This document shows positions 17,525 through 25,504 of a DNA stretch of 25,504 nt, in pieces. Position numbers and translations under genes: made by a program. Numbering within the stretch: the stretch's first letter is position 1; the number at the start of each line of letters is the position of its first letter. Location of the stretch: contig JBFGZE010000044.1 of the NCBI GenBank assembly GCA_041586955.1, positions 1-25,504 of the forward strand, read 5' to 3'. Below the pieces are notes generated by a model that saw nothing but the letters and a program-made list of their open reading frames with translations, searched no databases and was not told where the DNA came from. The DNA is from Bacteriovoracaceae bacterium. GTDB lineage: Bacteria > Bdellovibrionota > Bacteriovoracia > Bacteriovoracales > Bacteriovoracaceae.

Positions 17525-17554
17525 TTGACGTTTAGCTTAGCCCCATGATATGAC
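17525..17554 (+). promoter_or_regulatory. Putative sigma70 promoter of the TPR regulator
   Basis: TTGACG (17525-17530), 18-bp spacer, TG-a-TATGAC (extended -10-like). Confidence 0.35.
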
Positions 17555-17601
17555 AATATTGCCTACCGGCATAAGGAAGAGGGGAACACTAGGGAGTGGA
17601 T

Positions 17602-18879
17602 ATGACCCAGATTCAAGGGCATGAAGAATTAAGAAACTCGGTTCATTTAGGAAGCGCTTTAGGTGTTATTCCAGAGGGAGATCATCTTCTCGGTGAATCA
17701 CTTGAAATCAGTTCGTATGAATTAGGGAAATCTCATTATCAATTGGGCAAAATTTATTACGATAAATCTGACCTAGGAAAAGCTGAAACTCATTTTATTA
17801 AGGCCCTCAGTTTCACAGAGGAACCTCGCGATTATTATTCAAAATTTAAAATTTTAGGTTTTCTTATTCGTATCGCCTCTGAGCAATTGGATGACCATAA
17901 GGCGGGCCTGTATATTCAGGATGCTGATAATATTGTTGAAAAAATGAGTACGGCCTTAGGCACTCTTAACGCTGAATATTTTTATAATGTTGGCATCGTG
18001 AATAATTATAAAGGGGATTTTGATCAAGCTAGAATCCAGTTCGAATTAGCGCATAAAAAGTCACGTGAAGAAAATGAGCCTGAGCTATTGTCCAAATGTC
18101 TTCTTTCTTTGGCCGTCAATTGCTTTAATAGAAGAGAATTTGAAAAGTCCTTAGCGTATTTAGAGCAACTAGGGGAGCTTTTAACTATTATTAAAAAGAA
18201 TTATTTATCGGGCGCCCGCTTTTTATTTGCCGCAAAAGTATATAATGAAATGGATGACTCTAAAAAAGCTCTCGACTTTTATCGCTTGGCCAACCAAACC
18301 CTTCAGGGGAAAAAATGCTGGAATTTATACGGTTATATTTTACTTGGTAAAGGTGTTGTTTTTAAGAGAAATGGTCAGTACGACCAGGCCTTAACTTTTT
18401 TTGAGTTAGCAAAAGAGTCGACTGATGCCCGTGTTTTTAAACGCTTATCTCAGTTAATTGATTCTGAGATTCAAGATGTGAATGATAGTAGTGTTGATAT
18501 ATATTTAGACCGTGTTAATCGTAAGATTAAAGAGCGTACTCTTGGAACAATAGATTTTAAGCACCGCTTTATTCTCTTGGAAATTTTATTTTTATTGGCC
18601 AAAAATGCTGGCTCTTATTTTGATAAAGAGCAACTGGCGAAATGTATTTGGAAAGATGAATACAACCCTCTAATTCATGACAAATTGATTTATACTTCTG
18701 TTAGTCGCCTTCGGAAATTAATTGAACCTAAAAATGATTCAGGGGTCAAAAGGAAGTATATTGTCCGTGGAAAAGACGGCTATACATTTAACCCCATGGT
18801 TAAAATTCGCTTTCAGCAAGAGACAAAACCCCAGACTCAGGGTGCTATTGGTAATATCGAGCTTGGTTCACCTGTTTAA
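17602..18879 (+). CDS. TPR-repeat protein with C-terminal OmpR/PhoB-type winged-helix DNA-binding domain
   Basis: TPR-like helices (YQLGKIYY...AETHFIKAL; YNVGIVNNYKGDFDQA; LGKGVVFKRNGQYDQAL). The C-terminus reads KEQLAKCIW...IYTSVSRLRKLIE...YIVRGKDGYTF. ATG 17602 follows GGAG. Confidence 0.85.
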   Translation: MTQIQGHEELRNSVHLGSALGVIPEGDHLLGESLEISSYELGKSHYQLGKIYYDKSDLGKAETHFIKALSFTEEPRDYYSKFKILGFLIRIASEQLDDHKAGLYIQDADNIVEKMSTALGTLNAEYFYNVGIVNNYKGDFDQARIQFELAHKKSREENEPELLSKCLLSLAVNCFNRREFEKSLAYLEQLGELLTIIKKNYLSGARFLFAAKVYNEMDDSKKALDFYRLANQTLQGKKCWNLYGYILLGKGVVFKRNGQYDQALTFFELAKESTDARVFKRLSQLIDSEIQDVNDSSVDIYLDRVNRKIKERTLGTIDFKHRFILLEILFLLAKNAGSYFDKEQLAKCIWKDEYNPLIHDKLIYTSVSRLRKLIEPKNDSGVKRKYIVRGKDGYTFNPMVKIRFQQETKPQTQGAIGNIELGSPV

Positions 18880-18916
18880 TTCTCCCTTCCGCTAAAGTCG
18901 TGATACTGCTTGCCAC

Positions 18917-18946
18917 TTGAATAGTAGGCTTGATTACCCCTATAAT
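18917..18946 (+). promoter_or_regulatory. Putative sigma70 promoter
   Basis: TTGAAT (18917-18922), 18-bp spacer, TATAAT (18941-18946). Confidence 0.6.
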
Positions 18947-18971
18947 GATGGTAGGCCACAGTGGGGATTTT

Positions 18972-19517
18972 GTGATTACCAAAATTTTGATAATACTTTT
19001 ACCTCTTTACTTCAGTCAATTGCTCGCCAATGATTGGAAAAATAAGGACTTCGATAAGGGGGATTTGGCCCTTTTTCGAATTCCTGGGAAAGTCGTCTTT
19101 TATAGTGAGTTTAAAAATTGGCATTACGCGGTGAGCGCTTATCAATGCCAATGGCCAAACGGCCATTTATTGCCTTTCATTGGCCACCAAATAGACAATC
19201 AGAAGGTAGGTTTAAAGGCCAATTATCAGAAACTGGCCGATATTAAACCCCTAATTTACCAAATGGTTTTATTTGAAAAATTGAATCAATTTGCACGGAA
19301 ACAGGGCCATGGCATTTATCAGACAGAGGTTAAGCTTCAAAAAAAATGTGATGCCTTGGTTACAGGGCCTATGATACGTGCCTATATCATCGAATTGGTT
19401 AATCTTGAGCTATTTTTACAAACTAAGTCGCAATCTAATAAATCAAACCAGCTCGAATTGATGAAAAACCTTCTTGGTAGTATTTCCAAAAAGATTACCC
19501 ATGAATTCTTATTTTAA
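18972..19517 (+). CDS. Hypothetical exported protein
   Basis: The likely GTG start at 18972 lies after GGGGA and downstream of the promoter. Signal-like N-terminus ITKILIILLPLYFSQLLA. Confidence 0.65.
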   Translation: MITKILIILLPLYFSQLLANDWKNKDFDKGDLALFRIPGKVVFYSEFKNWHYAVSAYQCQWPNGHLLPFIGHQIDNQKVGLKANYQKLADIKPLIYQMVLFEKLNQFARKQGHGIYQTEVKLQKKCDALVTGPMIRAYIIELVNLELFLQTKSQSNKSNQLELMKNLLGSISKKITHEFLF

Positions 19518-20013
19518 TTATCAATTGCTTTATTGGGGCCAATTGGCCAATAATTGTCAATTGAGCGCCTGGCAGAGGCAGATCATTGAATTGGATCAGG
19601 AGATGAATACTCCATGGACTGAATCCACCTGGAGTGGCTTAGATAAATCACCCCGTCATTATCAATTGTTTCTAATGGTTCACAAGGAAGATTTTCGATT
19701 GGGTGGCCTGGCCCTATTTGAAGTTGATCAATTTGAGGGACTCGCCCATTTATTGAAGATTGTTATTGCAAAGCGACTTAGGGGTCAGGGGTTAGGTAGG
19801 TCTTTTTTTGCGGATACATGCTTGTTTTTGGCCTCAAAAGCTTTCAACAAGGGTTATTTAGAGGTTGATTGCGAAAACCATGCGGCGATAAGTCTTTACA
19901 AAAATATGGGTTGGCGCGTTCATCGCATCGCAAGAAAGTTTTACCAAAATGGTCATGATGCCTATATAATGCTGCACAGTAATATAAAGGTTTTTGATAA
20001 GGGGCTTGATTAA
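19501..20013 (+). CDS. rimI: RimI-like GNAT N-acetyltransferase
   Basis: Motifs HLLKIVIAKRLRGQGLG, YLEVDCENHAAISLYKNMGW and RKFYQNGHDAYIM. Confidence 0.8.
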   Translation: MNSYFNYQLLYWGQLANNCQLSAWQRQIIELDQEMNTPWTESTWSGLDKSPRHYQLFLMVHKEDFRLGGLALFEVDQFEGLAHLLKIVIAKRLRGQGLGRSFFADTCLFLASKAFNKGYLEVDCENHAAISLYKNMGWRVHRIARKFYQNGHDAYIMLHSNIKVFDKGLD

Positions 20014-20065
20014 TCTTTTTTTATCTGCTAATCCTAAATTGCTCTATAAATTATTGTTTTTGGGT

Positions 20066-20100
20066 AGGGTGGTCTTATTTTTAGCGCCACCCTTTTTTTT
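20066..20100 (+). terminator. rimP-leader terminator/attenuator-like hairpin
   Basis: AGGGTGG...CCACCCT followed by a T run, 17 nt before the rimP start. Confidence 0.65.
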
Positions 20101-20117
20101 ACAAAAAAGAGGTTTTT

Positions 20118-20627
20118 TTGATAAATTGGAACGGCGAGAGGAAAGGAATAGAGCAAAAGTTTTATTCACTTTGCCAAACGGTTGTTGAGTCCGATTGTAA
20201 TTTAAAGTTATATGACTTGGAGTATATTCCAGGTAATCAATTGTTGCGCCTTTTTATCATGGACCCAGAAACAAATTCTGCAGTAATCGAAGATTGTATG
20301 AAGGTAGACCGTGCTCTCACGCCATTTATTGAAGAAGAGGAGTGGATGCCATCGGAACTCGTGTTAGAGGTCTCTTCTCCTGGGGTTTATCGTCACTTGC
20401 GTGAGAAAAGCCACTTTGAGGCAGCGATTGGTAAAAATATAGGGCTGCAATTGCGACAGAAGTTAGATCAATTGAAGTATGCTGATTTGCCGAAGCGAGT
20501 TTTATCCCAACGAAACATCACCGGAGAGTTATTGGCGTGTAACGGTGAAACTTTAACAATTAAATACCAAGAAAAAGAGATAGAAATAGAATTTAATAAT
20601 TTAAAAAAGGCCCATCTTGAAGATTAG
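20118..20627 (+). CDS. rimP: Ribosome maturation factor RimP
   Basis: Motifs LRLFI, IEDCMKV and LEVSSPG. It lies directly upstream of nusA. TTG start with GAGG SD. Confidence 0.93.
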   Translation: MINWNGERKGIEQKFYSLCQTVVESDCNLKLYDLEYIPGNQLLRLFIMDPETNSAVIEDCMKVDRALTPFIEEEEWMPSELVLEVSSPGVYRHLREKSHFEAAIGKNIGLQLRQKLDQLKYADLPKRVLSQRNITGELLACNGETLTIKYQEKEIEIEFNNLKKAHLED

Positions 20628-20653
20628 ATGGTTTGAAAAGAAGGAAATAGAGT

Positions 20654-22063
20654 ATGAATTTTTCAGAGCTTAGTCGAGTGATTGAAACTCTAGGAAAAGA
20701 TAGAGGTATTGAAAAGAAGATTGTGATTCAAGCCATTGAGCAAGCCTTCTTAGTCACCGCCCGTAAAAAATACGGTATCCAAGGTGAGTATGAAACCCGC
20801 TATAACGATTCTGAAGATGAAATTGAAATCTATCAATATAAAAATGTTGTCGATGATGTTCGCGACCCAATTGTTGAGATTAATCTTAAAGAAGCAAAAG
20901 ATCTTGATGAAGATGTTGAGGTTGGTGATCAATTAGGTATTCGTATTGAGAATCCTCACTTTACACGTGTTGATGTTCAAACAGCACGACAAATTATTTT
21001 TCAACGAGTCCGTGACGCTGAAAGAGAAATTCTGTTCTCTGAATTTAAGCATAGAGAGGGAGAACTTATTACAGGGATCGCTCGCCGTTATGAAAGAGGA
21101 AATATTGTTGTTGACTTAGGAAAAGCCGATGCCGTTCTACCAAGACGTGAAATTATTCCTGGTGAAAACTTTAAAACAGGTGATCGTATTCAGGCCTATT
21201 TGAGCGAAGTTGTGATGACTAATAGAGGGCCTGAAATTCGCCTTTCGCGCACATCTCCTTTATTTCTTGTTAAACTTTTTGAAATTGAAGTTCCTGAAAT
21301 TCAAGATGGAACTATTATTATAAAGTCTGCGGCCAGGGAGCCAGGTCACCGTGCTAAAATTGCCGTGATCAGCAGTGATAGTGATATTGACCCCGTTGGC
21401 GCTTGTGTCGGTATGAAGGGAAGTCGTGTCCAAAATGTTGTTACTGAATTGCAAGGTGAAAAAATCGATATCGTAAAGTGGGATGCCGATCTTGGAACTT
21501 TTGCTCGCGCTGCTCTTGCTCCTTCTGATATATCCAATATTATGATGGACCATGAAGAATCAAGCATGGATGTTGTTGTTGAAGAAGATCAATTATCTTT
21601 GGCCATCGGCCGACGTGGGCAAAATGTTCGTTTAGCTGCCATGTTAACAGGATACAAAATCAACATTATCTCTAAAACGAAATTACAAGAAAAAATAAAG
21701 AAATCTGTTGAGAACCTGATTCAGATTCCTACAGTTAATGAGTCCTCGGCCCAGGTTATGGTGATGAATGGTATCACGGCGATTGGTGACTTAAGTGTGG
21801 TTGATCCGCATGACCTTTCTCGTTTATTGGAAAATACACCAGAAGAAGCTCAGGCAATTATCGACGAAACACTGAAGTTCATTGAATCCGGTGAAGCGAT
21901 TTTACAACCAGAAGAAGATGACGAGCTTGTTTCAGCATCTGCTGTTCCAGCTTACCGTGGCATGTTGAAAACTGAAGTTGATGAAGAAAGCGAGCAGAAA
22001 GATAAGTTTAGTGACGCAGAAAGACGATTACGTGAAGAATTAGCGGCATTTAAGCTTAAATAG
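20654..22063 (+). CDS. nusA: Transcription termination/antitermination factor NusA
   Basis: S1 and KH motifs AREPGHRAKIAV, DPVGACVGMKGSRV, GEKIDI and LSLAIGRRGQNVRLA. Confidence 0.98.
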   Translation: MNFSELSRVIETLGKDRGIEKKIVIQAIEQAFLVTARKKYGIQGEYETRYNDSEDEIEIYQYKNVVDDVRDPIVEINLKEAKDLDEDVEVGDQLGIRIENPHFTRVDVQTARQIIFQRVRDAEREILFSEFKHREGELITGIARRYERGNIVVDLGKADAVLPRREIIPGENFKTGDRIQAYLSEVVMTNRGPEIRLSRTSPLFLVKLFEIEVPEIQDGTIIIKSAAREPGHRAKIAVISSDSDIDPVGACVGMKGSRVQNVVTELQGEKIDIVKWDADLGTFARAALAPSDISNIMMDHEESSMDVVVEEDQLSLAIGRRGQNVRLAAMLTGYKINIISKTKLQEKIKKSVENLIQIPTVNESSAQVMVMNGITAIGDLSVVDPHDLSRLLENTPEEAQAIIDETLKFIESGEAILQPEEDDELVSASAVPAYRGMLKTEVDEESEQKDKFSDAERRLREELAAFKLK

Positions 22064-22079
22064 GATATGGAGATATAGA

Positions 22080-24914
22080 ATGTCCAAAAAGATATTTGAA
22101 TTGGCCAAAGAAATTGGCATCGGACCTTTAGACCTCGTAGAGAAACTAAAGGGTGAAGGTTTTGCTGTAAGAAACCATATGACTTCTCTAAGTGATGAAG
22201 ATTTAGAAAGGGCCATGGCGATTTTTTCAGCAACACCAGCTGTTGCCGATACAAAAACAACTAAGAAGAAAGTTGTTAAAAAGAAAGTGGCCAAAAAGAA
22301 GACGACTACTAAGAAGGTCGAAAAAGAGGCGGCTCCAGCGACTTCAGAAGAAGATGGGCCCTCTAAAAAGGTTACTCTTCGAAAGAAAAAATCGGTCATT
22401 CGTAAAAAGGCCAGTTCTGTTGATGAAAGTGACCTTCCTGCAGCTGCAGGTGAAGATGAGACGACCACAGCGCCGGTAGAAAGTAGCTCTTCCACATTAA
22501 GTGAGGCCTTGGGTGTCAGTGAGACAGCGGAGACCGAAACGGCAAAGGCATCTACGGGAAGTCTTGATAGCGATAGACCCACAGGTCTTCGTGTGGTGGC
22601 CACTCCTGAGCCTGAAGAGAAGGCTCCTGAAGAAGCTCCGGTAGAAAAGTCGACCACTGAGAAAAGCGAAACACCTGATCAGGAAATTTACCGAGAGAAA
22701 GTTCATCGCTTTACGCCAGTTTTTATTCCTGAAAGTAAACCAGCTGCCAAGACAACAGAAAGCAAAGCGCCTGTTGATCGAAATACCCCTGCTCCTTCTG
22801 CTGCTAGTACAGACTCTGCACCACAGGGCTCTAAAAAGAGACTTGGTGGCCTTGCTTCAATGATGTCTGGAAAGAAATCTAATATTAATAAATCGCAGGC
22901 ATTGACTCAAGATAGAGCGGATAGTGAATTAAAATCTTATGCTGCTCTTAGTGGTACAGGCCGTCCGATCTATACCACGATTAAAAGAAAAAGAATGTAT
23001 AGCGGTCCAACTCAAAGTACTGAGATTACAGAACTAAAAGATTCAAAACGAGTGGCACGTATTCATAATGTGGTGACAGCAGTTGACTTGGCCAAAAAAC
23101 TTAAGGTTAAACTTAAAGAATTAGTTGATAAATGCCTCGATATTAACCTCTTAATTAAGGGTGACGATTATATTGGTATGGCGTTAGCAAGTGAAATTGC
23201 TGCGCTCTATGGTTATCGTGTAGAAAATATTGCCTTTGACGAAGAAGCCGTTATTGGAAGTCAAGATGTCACTGAAGATAAAAAGTCAGCATTTCCAGTT
23301 CGTGATCCTATCATTACTATTATGGGTCATGTTGATCATGGTAAGACGACTTTATTAGACCATATTCGTAAGGCCAAGGTTGCTGCGGGAGAAGCTGGTG
23401 GAATTACTCAGCATATCGGCGCCTACTCAGTTTCTGTTGGTGAAAAGAACTTAACTTTTCTTGATACGCCTGGTCATGCCGCCTTTGCTTCGATGAGACA
23501 AAGGGGTGCTGATGTTACTGATATTGTTGTTTTAGTTGTTGCTGCTGATGATGGTGTCATGCCTCAAACGCGGGAATCCGTAAAATTTTGTCAAAACTCT
23601 AACAAGCCCATAATTATCGCTGTTAATAAATGCGATAAAGAAGGTGTTAATACAGATCGTATTAAAAATGAATTATCTGAGTTTGGTATCACTCCTGAAG
23701 AATGGGGTGGGGAAACCATGTTCTGTCATATTTCAGCATTAACTGGAGATGGTGTTGATAACCTTCTTGAGTCTATTGCTTTAACGGCCGAAATGATGGA
23801 GATGAGAGCAAATCCTAAAGGCAAGGCCGAGGGGGTTGTGATCGAATCAAAGATTGAAGGCGGGCGTGGTCCTGTTGCTACAATTTTAGTTCAATCAGGT
23901 ACTCTTAAAAAGGGTGATAGTGTCGTTGTTGGTGAAACTTACGGGCGAGCTCGTAGCTTAACAGATCATTTGGGAAGGCAATTGCCTTCAGCTGGGCCTT
24001 CTATTCCGGTTCAAATTTTGGGTCTCGATCAAGCTCCATCTCCAGGTGATTCTCTCAATGTTGTTAAAAACGAAAGAGAAGCTAAAAAGATTGTTCAAAA
24101 TCGTATTAACGAAAGAAAAATGTTGGAAGCGACTCCTACCAAGAAAACCATTTCTTTGGAGGACTTCTTTGCTCAGGCCACTGGTGAAAATGCAGAGAAA
24201 AAATCGCTTAACCTCATTATTCGTTCGGATGTTCAAGGTTCTTTTGAAGCGATCAAACAGGCCCTCGTCGCTCTTTCTTCGAATGAAGTAGAAGTTAAAG
24301 TGATTGGTGGCGGTGTTGGTGCAATTAACGATAATGACGTTCAATTGGCCGAGTCTTCAGAAGGAATCCTCATTGGATTTAATATGCGTCCTTTAACCAC
24401 TGCGCGCCGCTTGGCCGAGGAAAAAGGAATTGAAGTTCGAACCTACTCTGTTATCTATGACCTGATCAATGAAGTTAAGTTGGCGATTGAAGGAATGCTC
24501 GAGCCAGAATTTATTGAAAAATATATCGGCCGAGCTGAAGTTAAAGATACTTTCGTTGTTCCTAAAGTTGGTGTTATTGCTGGTTCCGTTGTTATTGATG
24601 GGAACATTCAAGTTGGCTGTCAAGTCCGCTTACTTCGCAATGGTAAAATTGTATTTGATGGTAAAATGTCATCTCTTAAGCGCTTTAAAGACGATGTTAA
24701 AGAAGTTAAAAATGGTTACGAGTGTGGTGTTGGCCTTGAAGGACATAACGACGTTAAGGTAGGTGACCTTTTTGAAGCCTATTTAATGGAAGAGAAGAAA
24801 AGAACTTATGATGATGTTGTCAAGGCCGAAGAGATTGCTGCAAAAGAGAAAGCAAGAGAAGAAGCAGCAGCTGCGGCGGCCGAAGATTCTTCCTCTGAGC
24901 AACCTTCTCTTTAA
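22080..24914 (+). CDS. infB: Translation initiation factor IF-2
   Basis: Motifs MGHVDHGKTTLLD, GGITQHIGAY, DTPGH, NKCD and SLKRFKDDVKEV. Confidence 0.98.
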   Translation: MSKKIFELAKEIGIGPLDLVEKLKGEGFAVRNHMTSLSDEDLERAMAIFSATPAVADTKTTKKKVVKKKVAKKKTTTKKVEKEAAPATSEEDGPSKKVTLRKKKSVIRKKASSVDESDLPAAAGEDETTTAPVESSSSTLSEALGVSETAETETAKASTGSLDSDRPTGLRVVATPEPEEKAPEEAPVEKSTTEKSETPDQEIYREKVHRFTPVFIPESKPAAKTTESKAPVDRNTPAPSAASTDSAPQGSKKRLGGLASMMSGKKSNINKSQALTQDRADSELKSYAALSGTGRPIYTTIKRKRMYSGPTQSTEITELKDSKRVARIHNVVTAVDLAKKLKVKLKELVDKCLDINLLIKGDDYIGMALASEIAALYGYRVENIAFDEEAVIGSQDVTEDKKSAFPVRDPIITIMGHVDHGKTTLLDHIRKAKVAAGEAGGITQHIGAYSVSVGEKNLTFLDTPGHAAFASMRQRGADVTDIVVLVVAADDGVMPQTRESVKFCQNSNKPIIIAVNKCDKEGVNTDRIKNELSEFGITPEEWGGETMFCHISALTGDGVDNLLESIALTAEMMEMRANPKGKAEGVVIESKIEGGRGPVATILVQSGTLKKGDSVVVGETYGRARSLTDHLGRQLPSAGPSIPVQILGLDQAPSPGDSLNVVKNEREAKKIVQNRINERKMLEATPTKKTISLEDFFAQATGENAEKKSLNLIIRSDVQGSFEAIKQALVALSSNEVEVKVIGGGVGAINDNDVQLAESSEGILIGFNMRPLTTARRLAEEKGIEVRTYSVIYDLINEVKLAIEGMLEPEFIEKYIGRAEVKDTFVVPKVGVIAGSVVIDGNIQVGCQVRLLRNGKIVFDGKMSSLKRFKDDVKEVKNGYECGVGLEGHNDVKVGDLFEAYLMEEKKRTYDDVVKAEEIAAKEKAREEAAAAAAEDSSSEQPSL

Positions 24915-24929
24915 GTAAAGGTTTAATAG

Positions 24930-25301
24930 ATGGCCGGTAAGATACCATTTAAAAAAGAAAAATTTGCGCATCGAATTTTAAATGAGATTAATCAAATTTT
25001 AAGATCCGGTGCCAATGATAAACGTGTGCAATTCGTTTCGATTACCAAAGTAGAATTATCTCCCGATAATCAAATGGCCAAGGTTTATTGGGATACCTTT
25101 GACCCTTCGATCCGTGGTGATGTCAAAAAAGCGTTAGCAGGGATGGCCGGTAGGATTCGTACTGAGCTTGGCAAGGTTCTTCAAATTCGCCATGTGCCGG
25201 AATTAGAATTTCTTTATGATGGCCAATTTGAATCAGAACAGGCGATTGAAGCGCTTTTGGCCAGTGAGGCGAAAGAGGGACGGGGCTCAGGGGATGAATA
25301 A
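24930..25301 (+). CDS. rbfA: 30S ribosome-binding factor RbfA
   Basis: Motifs VSITKVELSPD...AKVY and IRHVPELEFLYD. It lies downstream of infB. Confidence 0.95.
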   Translation: MAGKIPFKKEKFAHRILNEINQILRSGANDKRVQFVSITKVELSPDNQMAKVYWDTFDPSIRGDVKKALAGMAGRIRTELGKVLQIRHVPELEFLYDGQFESEQAIEALLASEAKEGRGSGDE

Positions 25302-25398
25302 ACCCAAAATTTTCTGTTTTTGGAAAGCGCCGGGCCCAACCTCGATGGATATAATCCGCCAATTTAAACGTCAATTACCCCATAAAAAAATTAAAATG
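25294..25398 (+). pseudogene. truB: 5' fragment of tRNA pseudouridine(55) synthase TruB, interrupted or truncated here
   Basis: MNKPKIFCFWKAPGPTSMDIIRQFKRQLPHKKIK matches the TruB N-terminus (KPxGxTSxD) at the canonical position after rbfA. The expected GHxGTLDP motif does not follow in any frame, and there is an in-frame stop at 25447-25449. Confidence 0.8.
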
Positions 25399-25504
25399 TG
25401 CGCGAACAGCGGGCATCAGGAGTATAAACTTCCGTTAACTTTAGGCTAACGGAACTTAAACTGAAGCTTTCTGCCTTCTGCCAGCGGCATCTAATGCTCA
25501 GCTT
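25398..25504. mobile_element. Unidentified structured sequence joined to truB (group II intron 5' end, attC-like repeat, or assembly junction)
   Basis: It begins GTGCG exactly where TruB similarity stops. It contains the inverted repeat TTCCGTTA (25430-25437)/TAACGGAA (25447-25454). Confidence 0.4.

Noticed and set aside
20641..20656. nusA initiation region AAGGAAATAGAGTATG nearly identical to that of the gene starting at 7670 (AAGGAAATAGAATATG)
   Set aside because: Short, AT-rich and constrained by SD plus ATG, so it is likely coincidence.
22245..22410. Lys-rich histone-like tract in the IF2 N-terminus (KTTKKKVVKKKVAKKK)
   Set aside because: IF2 N-terminal regions are commonly long, charged and variable. 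It is not a DNA repeat or separate gene.
21952..22706. Antisense ORFs up to 205 aa opposite the infB N-terminus
   Set aside because: Explained by the low-complexity codons of the IF2 linker, with no independent evidence.
25216..25449. 77-aa ORF as a real standalone protein
   Set aside because: It is a composite of off-frame rbfA overlap, the TruB N-terminus from ATG 25294 and read-through into foreign sequence.
1..25504. tRNA, rRNA, CRISPR array, transposase or integrase
   Set aside because: No cloverleaf, rRNA-like tract, regularly spaced repeat or recombinase ORF was seen by eye.

Overview
AT-rich bacterial chromosomal segment. Gene style and content suggest a predatory Bdellovibrionota such as Bacteriovoracia/Halobacteriovorax; this is an inference. 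The left part holds the 3' end of lptD, an orphan trpG/pabA glutaminase, a degenerate TrpF-like gene, surE and an nlpD-like M23 lipoprotein. These converge on a minus-strand block: hypothetical, lipoprotein, 2Fe-2S protein, secreted EEP nuclease and DEDDh exonuclease. The centre is a tightly coupled minus-strand operon: thrS, ddl, a 1027-aa aminotransferase-GNAT-pseudo-aminotransferase fusion, a C45 Ntn hydrolase, a class III aminotransferase, scoA and scoB. The right part holds a TPR/winged-helix regulator, a hypothetical, rimI and rimP-nusA-infB-rbfA-truB. Three observations stand out. (1) An unannotated ~78-nt intergenic transcript (7817-7895) has two C-AGGAA-G hairpin loops, its own -10 box, an upstream palindrome and a terminator; it is a candidate minimal CsrA/RsmA-sponge sRNA. 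(2) The 1027-aa fusion looks like a single-chain pseudo-dimeric Lat-type aminotransferase with an inserted acetyltransferase, inside an apparently uncharacterised acylate/transaminate/deacylate pathway. (3) truB breaks off just before its catalytic motif into a structured foreign sequence starting GTGCG.
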